Shown piece by piece: positions 9,425 to 18,036 of a DNA stretch of 64,000 bases. The DNA lies in contig CAVPCT010000004.1 of NCBI GenBank assembly GCA_963702475.1, positions 320,001-384,000 of the forward strand. Reading direction: 5' to 3'. The position numbers were made by a program, and so were the translations under genes. Source of the DNA: an uncultured Thermoleophilia bacterium (lineage in GTDB: Bacteria; Actinomycetota; Thermoleophilia; UBA2241). The notes under the pieces are model-generated. The model was given only the letters and a program-made list of their open reading frames with translations, was not told where the DNA came from and did no database searches. How positions within the stretch are numbered: position 1 is the stretch's first letter; the number at the start of each line of letters is the position of its first letter.

Positions 9425-9676
9425 TCAGACTCCGCGCCGCACGAACAGCCTGAGGTAGCCCTCCGGCTGGAGCATCCCGAGGTACTCGTGGCCTGAGCGC
9501 TTGGCCCACGCCGGGATGTCGGCAGCGGCGCCGGCGTCGGTGGCCTGCACCTCCATCACGCCACCCACCGGCACGTCCTTGACGGCTTTGCTGGCGGCCA
9601 GGACAGGCACGGGGCACAGCTGGCCGCGTGAGTCGACCACGCGGTCGGGCCGCAGCTCTGTGAGGTCGTCGGGCAT
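9425..9676 (-). CDS. tusA: TusA family sulfur carrier
   Basis: VDSRGQLCPVP (CPxP), ATD...DIPAW. Confidence 0.88.
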   Translation of the reverse strand: MPDDLTELRPDRVVDSRGQLCPVPVLAASKAVKDVPVGGVMEVQATDAGAAADIPAWAKRSGHEYLGMLQPEGYLRLFVRRGV

Positions 9677-9785
9677 CGTCCTCTGTGTGCGCGGTCGCGC
9701 GGAACCCCAAACCCGCATCCGCCTCGGGTAGCATGGAGCGGCGCTGCGCATGCGGGCGCCGTCGCCGGACCGACAGGAGGCAGCC

Positions 9786-10148
9786 ATGGCCAGAGAGACC
9801 GTCGACGAGTGGATCGCCGAGGTGAAGGCCCTGCCGGGCGCGGACGGTGTCGGCATGATCCTCGTCCACGAGGGCATCGTGCGCGGCCATTCGCGCTCCG
9901 GTGAGCCGGTCACCGGGATGGAGCTCGGGGTGGACCGGGCACAGCTGGCCCGCGTGCTCGAAGAGGCGGCGACGTGGCCTGGCGTCGTCGCCGTCCGCGC
10001 CAGGGTGAACGACGGATCCCTGGCGGTCGGCGACACCATCATGAACGTGCTCGTGGCGGGGGACGTCCGCGAGCACGTGTTCGGCGCCCTCCAGCAGCTT
10101 GTGGGCAGGATCAAGAACGAGGTCGTGACCGAGCTCGAGACGCGCTGA
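9786..10148 (+). CDS. MoaE-like protein (short form)
   Basis: GMILVHEGIVR, G.LAVGD.IM.VLVAGDVR; GGAGG RBS. Confidence 0.7.
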   Translation: MARETVDEWIAEVKALPGADGVGMILVHEGIVRGHSRSGEPVTGMELGVDRAQLARVLEEAATWPGVVAVRARVNDGSLAVGDTIMNVLVAGDVREHVFGALQQLVGRIKNEVVTELETR

Positions 10149-10284
10149 TCCACGTCTGCCGTTCCGGCGCGTTGAGGCGCGCACGGATCGGGCGTCCGGC
10201 GCGAGGGGACGCCCCCCTCGCTTCTCGCCGCCGCCTGCCCCCGCCTGTCTTGCTGCGCGTCCGCGCGGCTTGTGATACTCTTCC

Positions 10285-10310
10285 CATCCGGAAGAGCGGA
10301 TATACGGATG
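10285..10310 (+). promoter_or_regulatory. ATCC-N8-GGAT operator just downstream of a putative -10
   Basis: CATCCG-GAAGAG-CGGATA plus an extra CGGATG half site; matches 12259-12276. Confidence 0.5.
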
Positions 10311-10460
10311 TGCGCTCTTTCGCAGGGGAGGGATGGAGCGGCGCTCGCCGCCGTGGAGGTCGTGGAGGCGCCGCTTGTGCAGCGTCGAGGTGCGACGGCA
10401 GATCGCGGCTCCATCCGTTGTGGCCCTGCATGTCAGGCAGTCGCGAGCAAGGAGTCAAGG

Positions 10461-11306
10461 ATGTCCGACACCGACAAGGGGATGTCGCGGCGCAAGTTCC
10501 TCGTGGGCGCGGGGACGGTAGCCGGCGCCGCCGCAGTGGCCAGCATGGGCCTCTCCAAGATGGCCTCGCCGGCCGAGGCCGCCGCGGTCAGCGTCCCGTG
10601 GCCCTACCCGAAGACGGCCGCCGACCAGCCCGTACCCGAGGTCGTGGCGCGGCGCGCCTGGGAGGTCTACTGGCAGTCCGGCTGCGCCGAGGCCAGCTGG
10701 TACCCGGTCATCGAGGCCCTTCGGGCAAGTATGCTGACTCCTGGGGCACGATCCCCAAAAACGTGTTCCGTTACGGCGGCGGCGGCGTGGCCGGCTGGGG
10801 TACCCTCTGCGGTACGCTCAACGGCTCGTCCGCCCTCATCGGCATGTGCGTGGGCGATGCGGGGCACCGCACCAACCTCGTCACGGCCATCATGCAGTAC
10901 TACGCCAACACGGCGCTCCCCACCAACCAGGCCTGGAAGTCGTACAAGGGCGAGCTCGGGCTGACCAGCGCGTGGAGCCCGGCCACTGCTCCGCTCAAGA
11001 ACGTGCCCGTCCTCCACGGCGCACTCGCCGCTCTGCCATTCGTCCCTCGTCCAGTGGACCATGACCACCGGCTCCAAGGACGGCGGCCCTCTGCAGCGCG
11101 ACCGCTGCGGCAAGGCCTGCTTCGACCTCGTGCTCAAGACCACCGAGCTGCTGAACACCTACTTCCAGATGGCCACACCGTCGGCCGCTGCCGTCCCGCT
11201 CGACCCCAGCGTCGAGGCGTGCAGGGTGTGTCACGTGACGTACACGGGCGCCAAGATGGCCTGTGACTCGTGCCACGACCAGACGCTGCACAGCGCGGGT
11301 CTGTGA
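10461..11306 (+). CDS. Tat-exported C-GCAxxG-C-C / split-Soret-like diheme cytochrome c (frameshifts near 10720 and 11010)
   Basis: SRRKFL Tat motif; SGCAEA; GGGGVAGWGTLCGTLNG; SPLCH.S; RCG; CRVCH and CDSCH heme motifs, spread over three frames. Confidence 0.8.
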
Positions 11307-11393
11307 CACGCAGGCGACCGATCTGACCATGAGAAGTCCGGCTCGAGCCTTTGAGCGGCAGCGGGTCCGGGCGCGGATGGAGGTGTTCTTCCA

Positions 11394-12113
11394 GTGAAGA
11401 GAACGAGGATCCTGACCGTGGCCATCATCGCCGTGGTGGCGCTGCTGTGCCTCGGCGCCGTCGGCGCGTTCGCGGGCAAGACGGCCGGCGACATGACCCC
11501 GCCGGTCACCACCACAGAGCCGCCATCGAGCTACGAGGGCGAGGACGTGGGCTTCAGCTTCCACGCCACCGACGCCTCGGGCGTCGCCTACGTGTACTAC
11601 CGCATCGACAAGAGCGTCCTGGACTGCTCCACCGTTCCCACCGACACCGTGCACACGGAGTGGGACGTCACGGTGACGCCGCCCATCAAGGTGGCCGCCG
11701 ACGACCCGCATCCCGAGATGGTGCCGCTCCCCATCGGCGAGCACACGCTCAAGTACTGGTCGCAGGACAACGAGGGCAACGTCGAGGCGCAGCACGTTAT
11801 GACCTTCGTCGTGAACCCCTTGGTGTACCTCGGCAGCAGCGCCACCTCGGTGAAGGCCGGCAAGACCTTCACGCTCTCGGGCACGCTCGAGCCGGCGAGG
11901 CGGCGATGGCGGCGGAGATGGTCATCAAGGCCAAGGCCCCAGGGGCCAAGTCGTACAAGCTCCTTGCCGTCGTCGACAGCGACGCCAAGGGCGCGTACTC
12001 CGTTCAAGTACAAGACGTCGGTCAAGGGCACCTGGTGGTTCCGTACGTCCTTCGCCGACCCGGCCACCGGCATGACCGCGAGCTCGATCCCGGAGACCGT
12101 CAAGGTCAAGTGA
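11394..12113 (+). CDS. secreted beta-sandwich/Ig-like protein (two compensating frameshifts near 11900 and 12000)
   Basis: Signal peptide, DMTPPVTT, ATDASGV..YYRID, GEHTLKYWSQDNEGNVE. Confidence 0.65.
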   Translation: MKRTRILTVAIIAVVALLCLGAVGAFAGKTAGDMTPPVTTTEPPSSYEGEDVGFSFHATDASGVAYVYYRIDKSVLDCSTVPTDTVHTEWDVTVTPPIKVAADDPHPEMVPLPIGEHTLKYWSQDNEGNVEAQHVMTFVVNPLVYLGSSATSVKAGKTFTLSGTLEPARRRWRRRWSSRPRPQGPSRTSSLPSSTATPRARTPFKYKTSVKGTWWFRTSFADPATGMTASSIPETVKVK

Positions 12114-12149
12114 CGCCCCTCAGCGAGATCCGCGGTGGCGGTTCTCAGT

Positions 12150-12194
12150 GGGCCGCGAGGGGTGTTCTTGCCCCTCGCGGCCCTTCTTCTTTCT
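12150..12194 (+). terminator. intrinsic terminator
   Basis: GGGCCGCGAGGGG / CCCCTCGCGGCCC 13-bp stem followed by TTCTTCTTTCT. Confidence 0.75.
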
Positions 12195-12247
12195 GGCTCA
12201 CGGTTGTGAGTGTCTGAGTAAACCAATCTCGTCGGTCGGAAATCAGG

Positions 12248-12276
12248 TATAATAACTGTATCCGCAGAAGCGGATG
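12248..12276 (+). promoter_or_regulatory. -10 box TATAAT and ATCC-N8-GGAT operator of arsR
   Basis: TATAAT at 12248-12253; TATCCG-CAGAAG-CGGATG at 12259-12276. Confidence 0.55.
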
Positions 12277-12327
12277 GCTACGAAGGCGGCACGGTTGCCG
12301 CAGCGCACTGAGTGAAGGAGCGTCGCC

Positions 12328-12660
12328 GTGGATGAACGTCTGGAACACCAGGTAACGCTACTGCACGCCAGCATCTGCCAGGCGATGGCAGATCCCAAGC
12401 GCATCCTCATCCTGTACGCGCTGAGCGAGCGCGACATGTACGTGCACGAACTGGCAGAGGTGCTGGACACACCTCAGTCGACGATCTCTCGTCACCTCAA
12501 GACGCTGCGCGACAAGAACATCGTGCTCGCCGATCGCGATGGCGCCAGCGTCAAGTACTCACTCGCCGACGCGCGCGTGATCAATGCCCTCGACATCATG
12601 AGGGGTGTGCTGCGCGACATGCTCGCGCGCGACGCCGACCTGGTGCGGCAGCTCGTCTGA
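12328..12660 (+). CDS. ArsR/SmtB family transcriptional repressor
   Basis: ICQAMADPKRILIL, QSTISRHLKTLR; AAGGAG RBS. Confidence 0.9.
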   Translation: MDERLEHQVTLLHASICQAMADPKRILILYALSERDMYVHELAEVLDTPQSTISRHLKTLRDKNIVLADRDGASVKYSLADARVINALDIMRGVLRDMLARDADLVRQLV

Positions 12661-12712
12661 ACGCACGGGGCGGCGGGAGCCCCGACCCTGGGTCTCCCGC
12701 CGCCCCGTGCGT
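12661..12712. terminator. hairpin between convergent genes
   Basis: ACGCACGGGGCGGCGGGAG / CTCCCGCCGCCCCGTGCGT 19-bp inverted repeat. Confidence 0.65.
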
Positions 12713-12751
12713 CCGGCGCCCGGACGCTGGGCTTGTGGCGCCGAGTCTCTC

Positions 12752-13129
12752 TCAGTGCTGGCAGGCGCCTTCGAGCCCGACCACGGGGAGTCCGCCCTTG
12801 ATGAAGGCGGCCACTGCCGTCTTGACGTCGGACCCGTATCCTGCGTGTACGGCGATACCCACCTGATTGAACCCCATGAGCGGGCGGCCGCCGATGCCGT
12901 CCACGACGATGGCGTCGACGTTGTTCTCTGCGAGAACCAGGACGGGGGTCATGCAGCCGCCCTCGACGTGCGGCGCGTTCTCGAGGACGCCAACGGCCGC
13001 CACGCGTCCGTCGACGACGTCGACCATGGTGAAGCAGGCGGCGCGGCCGAAATGGCCCGAACGGGGGGCGTCCAGGCCTCCAGGGTGTTCGGACGGTATG
13101 GCGATGCGCGTGGTCTTGGGATCGGTCAT
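12752..13129 (-). CDS. NifB/NifX-family (IssA/MTH1175-like) metal-cluster-binding protein
   Basis: RIAIPS, SGHFGRA, PH..GGC, GIG.RP. Confidence 0.82.
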   Translation of the reverse strand: MTDPKTTRIAIPSEHPGGLDAPRSGHFGRAACFTMVDVVDGRVAAVGVLENAPHVEGGCMTPVLVLAENNVDAIVVDGIGGRPLMGFNQVGIAVHAGYGSDVKTAVAAFIKGGLPVVGLEGACQH

Positions 13130-13183
13130 GGTCACTCGCTCTCTGCGTAGGGTTGCTCTGTCAACGATGTGAAAGCGTCGCGG

Positions 13184-13732
13184 TCAGAGGCCTCCCGGGC
13201 CCCCACGGCGCTGGCCGCGTCCCGCGCCGCCTCCGGGCCCACCGGCGCCGCGCCCGCGCCCGCCGCGCCCGCGGCCACTGCAGCCGTCTCCCTCTGTCGC
13301 GGGGCCGGCGCCGCAACGCCCCACCGGGTCCCAGCAGGTGACGACGTCGGGCGACCCGCAGGTGGGACAGGCGCCGGGAGGCGCGTCGCCTTCGCCGGAT
13401 GTCCAGAGCGCCCCGCAGCTTCTGCAGCACAGCTTGCGCGGCTCCACACGGTACTGTCCCCCGCCGATGAGGATGGCCTTTCCCGCGACCAGGGCCTCTG
13501 CGATCTTGGCGCGGCCCGCCTCGAGGACGCGGCCGACCGTCTGGCGCGAGACGCCCATCGCCGCCGCGGCCTGCTCGTGGCTGAGCCCCTCGAGATCGAC
13601 GAGGCGGATGGCCTCGAGCTCGTCGACACCGAGCGGGATCTGCTCCAGCTCGCGGCCGGGGACGCCCGCCGGTTTGAAGAGGGTGGCGTGCGGCACGCCA
13701 CCCACGGCGCGCTCAATAGGTGGACGTGCCAA
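13184..13732 (-). CDS. DUF134 (UPF0251) HTH protein with C-terminal zinc ribbon and Gly/Arg tail
   Basis: ARPP, FKPAG, DELEAIRLVDLEGL..E.AA..MGVSRQT, CRSC...CPTC; TTG start with GGAGG. Confidence 0.85.
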   Translation of the reverse strand: MARPPIERAVGGVPHATLFKPAGVPGRELEQIPLGVDELEAIRLVDLEGLSHEQAAAAMGVSRQTVGRVLEAGRAKIAEALVAGKAILIGGGQYRVEPRKLCCRSCGALWTSGEGDAPPGACPTCGSPDVVTCWDPVGRCGAGPATEGDGCSGRGRGGRGRGAGGPGGGAGRGQRRGGPGGL

Positions 13733-13750
13733 GTGATCCTCCATCCGTTC

Positions 13751-13792
13751 TTAGCATATGCTCATTCTAGACGAGCGACGGCGTGCGGGCAA
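13751..13792 (-). promoter_or_regulatory. sigma70 promoter with AGCATATGCT-core operator, copy 1
   Basis: Minus strand TTGCCC-17-TAGAAT running into GAGCATATGCTAA. Confidence 0.65.
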
Positions 13793-13866
13793 AACGCGCC
13801 CGCGCCCGCGTCGGGTCACTGGTTGCGTCGGTCGTGAGGCTTCACAGCTTCACGTGCCGTGAGTGC

Positions 13867-14231
13867 TCAGGCCCAGTGACCGGCGACCGTGGGAGCGATG
13901 GCCTCGGGGAGTTCTCCACGTGCCAGCGCTTCGAGCGCCTCGCGCGCGCTGACGCCGTTGCCGGCCAAGTAGATGTGGATGCCGCCCTTCGACAGAGCCT
14001 TCGTCGCGGTCGGCCCGACGTTGCCGGTGACGACCGCGTTGACGCCGAGAGCGAGCACGGCGGCTGAGGCTTGCGCACCGGCGCCGGCTGGCGCGTCTGC
14101 TCTGGCGATGTTGTCCATGACGGTCCACTCCCCGAGCCGGTGAGGACGACAACGAACCAGCGGGCGCGACCGAAGCGCGGGTCAACGAGCGCGTCGATGT
14201 CGCCGGTCTGCGTGCCGATGGCGATCTTCAT
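13867..14231 (-). CDS. NifB/NifX-family protein (frameshift in a G run near 14131)
   Basis: MKIAI..., VDPRFGRARWF, then GAGAQA...AVVTGNVGP.A..AL, GHW end. Confidence 0.8.
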
Positions 14232-14300
14232 GATTCCGCCCTCCTCGCCCTGATGAGCGCCGAGACCGGCGCGACCCCCTCGGTCGCCGCCGGATTTCAT

Positions 14301-14342
14301 ATAAGCATATGCTCATAATACACGGACCTCGACATGCGGCAA
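14301..14342 (-). promoter_or_regulatory. sigma70 promoter with AGCATATGCT-core operator, copy 2
   Basis: Minus strand TTGCCG-16-TATTAT-GAGCATATGCTTAT. Confidence 0.65.
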
Positions 14343-14390
14343 GCGCCCGGCGGTCGGTAGTATGGAGACGGCGTCGAAAGGAGGCCGAGA

Positions 14391-15053
14391 ATGACATGTC
14401 CCGAGTGCGCCGTCACCGCGTGTTGCCGCGGGAGTGATGGTCCCTTTCCCCGGGACTGCCCGACCAGAGGGCTCGACACTGACGAGCTGCTCGGGGCGTA
14501 CGGCGCATCACCGGACGGCGAGCTGGCGCGACAGGCGGCGCGCGTCGAAGCGGGCGGCTACTGCTCGCTCACACGGCTCGAGGAGATCATGGACTTCGCG
14601 CGCCGCTGCGCGTTCTCGCGGCTTGGTCTCGCTCATTGCATAGGCCTGCAGCGCGAGGCCGCGGTGGTCGTGCGCGTGTTCGAAGCGAACGGCTTCGAGG
14701 TCGTGTCGGTGGCCTGCAAGGCGGGAGCAGTGCCCAAGGAAGCGCTTGGTCTGTCGGATGCGGACAAGGTCTCACCGGGCGAGTTCGAGAGCATGTGCAA
14801 CCCGATCGGACAGGCCCGTCTGCTCGCGCAGGCCCGTACCGAGCTGAACGTCGTCCTGGGCCTGTGCGTGGGTCACGACAGTCTGTTCTTCAGGCATACG
14901 GTGGCGCCGGCGACCGTGCTGGCCGCCAAGGACAGGGTCCTCGGTCACAACCCCATGGCCGCGGTCTATCTTGCCGACGGGTACTACCACGAAAGGCTGT
15001 TTCCATCCGCGCGCGACACGCCCGATGACGACGAGGTCGTCTCCGCCGGCTGA
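14391..15053 (+). CDS. DUF1847 Cys-rich putative metal-binding protein
   Basis: CPEC...C, TRLEEI..FA, GLAHCIGL, CKAG, MCNPIGQA, GLCVGHDSLF, KDRVLGHNP. Confidence 0.85.
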   Translation: MTCPECAVTACCRGSDGPFPRDCPTRGLDTDELLGAYGASPDGELARQAARVEAGGYCSLTRLEEIMDFARRCAFSRLGLAHCIGLQREAAVVVRVFEANGFEVVSVACKAGAVPKEALGLSDADKVSPGEFESMCNPIGQARLLAQARTELNVVLGLCVGHDSLFFRHTVAPATVLAAKDRVLGHNPMAAVYLADGYYHERLFPSARDTPDDDEVVSAG

Positions 15054-15191
15054 CGAAAGGCCGCTAGGCTCCGACGCGATGGCACTGGGCGATGCCGCGT
15101 GCCGCCACGGACAGATTCTCCCTGCGCCCCCGGCGGTCGGCCGCGACCGTTCATGAGCCTGCTCGTGTGCGTGGGGTGCCGAGGTCGACCC

Positions 15192-15233
15192 TTGACGCCC
15201 TCCGCACCGCGCGTATTATGAGCATATGCTCTC
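15192..15233 (+). promoter_or_regulatory. sigma70 promoter with AGCATATGCT-core operator, copy 3
   Basis: TTGACG-16-TATTAT-GAGCATATGCTC. Confidence 0.68.
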
Positions 15234-15309
15234 TACAAAGCGCGTCCGGGGCGCCGTTCGTGACTCGTTGAACGACCGCCGGGCCGCTCAGGCAGATCGG
15301 AGGTCAGTT

Positions 15310-15975
15310 ATGCCGGCCGTGCAGCCTCACCGGAACGCGGGTTCTCTGGACGGCTTTGAGGTGGTGGTGCGCGACCCATGCTGCGTGCGCCACTTCCGCG
15401 ACGACGCGGTCCCTCGCGAGGACGTCGAGCACATGGTGGACCTCACACTGTGCGCGGCCAGTGCGTGTCCCACACAGACGTGGCGCTTCATAGCCGTCCA
15501 GAGTCGGAGTCTCATCCGCGACATGCAGGCGGCCGTGCTCAAGCGCTTCGAGGAGCTCGCGCTGAGGCCGGGGCTGGCTCTCCAGGAACACAAACGGATC
15601 GCGGCGCGTGCCCAGGCGCTGCTGTTCGCCAAGGCTCCGCTGTGCATCGCCGTGCTGTCGCTTCCCTCGAGCTCGCCGATGGAGGAGCTCCTGGAGCTGG
15701 CGGGCATGACCCGGGAGGAGATTGAGCGCCTCTGTGTACGTCCTGAGCTGCAGAGCGCCGGAGCCGCCGCTCAGCTGCTCACCTCCTCTGCCGCCGCCAT
15801 GGGGTACGCGGCCTGCTGGACGTGCGCTCCGGTCATCGCCGGAGAGCGGCTTGAGGAGCTTCTCGGCGTGGAGACGCCCGCACGGCTCGTGGCGCTCGTC
15901 GGCATCGGCCGGCCCGCTGAGCAGCCGACGGCGTCCAGGCGGCTGCCTCTGGAGCAGACGCTCGTCGTGTTGTGA
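15310..15975 (+). CDS. nitroreductase-family protein (atypical, Cys-substituted)
   Basis: VRHF...VP, Q.WRFIAV, QSAGAA.Q.L...A.AMGY.ACW, ALVGIG.P, RRLPL. Confidence 0.75.
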   Translation: MPAVQPHRNAGSLDGFEVVVRDPCCVRHFRDDAVPREDVEHMVDLTLCAASACPTQTWRFIAVQSRSLIRDMQAAVLKRFEELALRPGLALQEHKRIAARAQALLFAKAPLCIAVLSLPSSSPMEELLELAGMTREEIERLCVRPELQSAGAAAQLLTSSAAAMGYAACWTCAPVIAGERLEELLGVETPARLVALVGIGRPAEQPTASRRLPLEQTLVVL

Positions 15976-16113
15976 TCACGGCGATGGCCCCTCGCGACGG
16001 GGTCGGCGGGCCTCACGGCTGGAGTGCCACTGGAGTGGCTATTGAATACGTGCCGGCGGCGTCCCCGACTGAGGGGCGCCGCCGGCATCGTCGTACGGGG
16101 TCTGCAGGTGGCC

Positions 16114-17259
16114 TCAGGCCGTTTCGGCCGCCGCCTTGCGGGCCTTCTCGGCTTGCGTCGCGGCCGCGACCTCGGCGTGCTGCTGCACCTTGGTGAAGTA
16201 GACGGCCAGCGGCCGGTAGGCGAGGTGCGCCCACTTGCCGAACGGCACCTCGAGCACCAGCATCGGCACCACGCCCATCAGGTGGATGATGTACATCACG
16301 TTGGCCGCCTCGTCGGCGCCGGAGCGGTGCAGGATGTTCTGCATCACGCCGGTCACCGCGACCCACAGCAGCAGGTAGAGGAACATCCAGTCGCTCTCGT
16401 GCGAGTGCTGGTGCTGCGGCGAGTCCTTCCTGATCCGCCCGCGGAGGTTGATGATCACCGCCGCGATGAGTCCGACGGAGGCGAGGTAGCCGAACGCGTG
16501 TACGCGCCAGTCGATGTTGGGTCCGGACTGCATCTGGTACAGGAAGAACATGATCAGGATCAGCATCGTGACGTAGCTCAGCATCAGCGCCATATGGATC
16601 GCCCACGGGCGCTTGCGCTCGCACTGGCGCATCTTGGCCTGCGCGAAGAAGTGGTACGGGAGCTGCGGCAGCGCCGCGAGGTAGGACCCCATGCCGGCAC
16701 CCTTGCCGCCCATCGTGAAGTGCCACATGCGCAGGATGTTGATGCCCAGCAGGATCACCAGGACTATGGCCATGGCCCAGTCGAAGCGGTGGACCCAGTG
16801 CGCCGGGAGGAAGGCGTCCTCGCCGTCGTACACACTGAAGCTGCCGCCGTTGAGGATGCCGAACAGGATGAAGCCGATCGCGGTCAGCGCCGCGGCGATG
16901 AAGATCGCGATGACCTCCCAGGCCGGCGAGCGGTAGAAGAGGCCGCTGAGGCCGCTGAAGTCGTACTTGCTGGTGAGCCAGCGGCGCGCGCTCATCATGG
17001 TCTCGCCGGGCTCGGCCTCCTTGGGGCACTGCTCCGAGCACTCGCCGCAGTAGTAGCACATCCACGGCTCGGTCTGGCTCTTGAGCTTGTCCTCCAGGCC
17101 GAGCTGCAGGGCGTGCATGGTCCGCCGCGGGATGACGGTGCTGCCCTCCGAGTGCACGCATACGGCCGAGCAGTTGCCGCAGTTGAAGCACTTGTTGACG
17201 CTGTCGCCGCCATACGCGCGGAGCTCGTCGGCAAGGCCGGGTTTGATTGTCGACGCCAT
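16114..17259 (-). CDS. QmoC-like membrane protein: HdrC-type 2x[4Fe-4S] plus b-heme-type transmembrane domain
   Basis: CFNCGNCSAVC and CYYCGECSEQCP; multiple TM helices containing His; PFGKWAHLAYRP. Confidence 0.8.
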   Translation of the reverse strand: MASTIKPGLADELRAYGGDSVNKCFNCGNCSAVCVHSEGSTVIPRRTMHALQLGLEDKLKSQTEPWMCYYCGECSEQCPKEAEPGETMMSARRWLTSKYDFSGLSGLFYRSPAWEVIAIFIAAALTAIGFILFGILNGGSFSVYDGEDAFLPAHWVHRFDWAMAIVLVILLGINILRMWHFTMGGKGAGMGSYLAALPQLPYHFFAQAKMRQCERKRPWAIHMALMLSYVTMLILIMFFLYQMQSGPNIDWRVHAFGYLASVGLIAAVIINLRGRIRKDSPQHQHSHESDWMFLYLLLWVAVTGVMQNILHRSGADEAANVMYIIHLMGVVPMLVLEVPFGKWAHLAYRPLAVYFTKVQQHAEVAAATQAEKARKAAAETA

Positions 17260-17269
17260 GCCCGCAGCC

Positions 17270-17752
17270 TCAGATGAACAGGTTGACGTTGGCCTCGTCG
17301 GCCTTGCCGAGGTAGGCGGCGACGCCCTCGAACTCGACGCCGTCGATGAGCTCCTCCGGCTTGAAGCCGAGGATGTCCATGGACAGCGTGCAGGCGACGA
17401 ACTTGACGTCCAGTTCACGAGCGCTGTCGAAGAGCTCCTCCAGCGACATGCCGCCGGCTGCCTTGGTGGCCTTGCGCATCATCGGGGCGCCCATGCCGAC
17501 CATGTTCATCTTAGAGAGCCCGAGCTTCTTGGTGCCCTTGGGCATCATGCCGCCGAACATCTTCTGCAGCGTGCTCTTCTGCGAGCCGCCGTTCTGCTTC
17601 TCTGTCTTGCGCAAGATGTTGAGGCCCCAGAAGGTGCAGAAGATCGTGACGTCGTCGCCCATTGCGGCGGCGCCGTTGGCGATGATCAGCGCCGCCATGA
17701 CGCGATCGAAGTCGCCGCTGAACAGGATGATGGTCTTCTTGGTGGTGTCCAT
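17270..17752 (-). CDS. DsrE2/DrsE-family sulfur relay protein
   Basis: FSGDFDR..AA..IANGAAAMG, FCTFWGL, VACTLSMD, GVAAYL. Confidence 0.88.
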   Translation of the reverse strand: MDTTKKTIILFSGDFDRVMAALIIANGAAAMGDDVTIFCTFWGLNILRKTEKQNGGSQKSTLQKMFGGMMPKGTKKLGLSKMNMVGMGAPMMRKATKAAGGMSLEELFDSARELDVKFVACTLSMDILGFKPEELIDGVEFEGVAAYLGKADEANVNLFI

Positions 17753-18036
17753 CAGGAACCCTCTCTCTGGACGGCTTGGTAGGGGAAATAGCCCTCGTCG
17801 TCGACTTCCTTGATCTCCATTATCCAGCCGTACTTGCGCAGGCCCATGACCCAGAAGGTGACCTCCCGGGTGGGCTTGCCCACGGCGGCGGCGATCTGCG
17901 GGATGGTCATGGGGCCGTCGGCCAGGGTGGCGAGGATCTGACGACGCATCGCCTGCTCGTCCCTGATGACCTCGCGCACGGGGCGCATGGCCGGGGCGAC
18001 GGTGGCGTCCACGGCGCCCGGAACAGCGGTGCTCAC
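17752..18036 (-). CDS. small winged-helix protein
   Basis: ILATLADGPMTIPQIAAAVG...WVMGLRKYG; translationally coupled on both sides. Confidence 0.7.
   Translation of the reverse strand: MSTAVPGAVDATVAPAMRPVREVIRDEQAMRRQILATLADGPMTIPQIAAAVGKPTREVTFWVMGLRKYGWIMEIKEVDDEGYFPYQAVQREGS

Noticed and set aside
14130-14133. Homopolymer frameshifts as phase variation or programmed frameshifting
   Set aside because: The runs are short (about 3-5 nt) and indels are scattered over unrelated genes, which fits assembly error better
12752-14231. NifX-like genes as evidence of nitrogen fixation
   Set aside because: No nifHDK/ENB in the window; the family is common in non-diazotrophs next to DUF134
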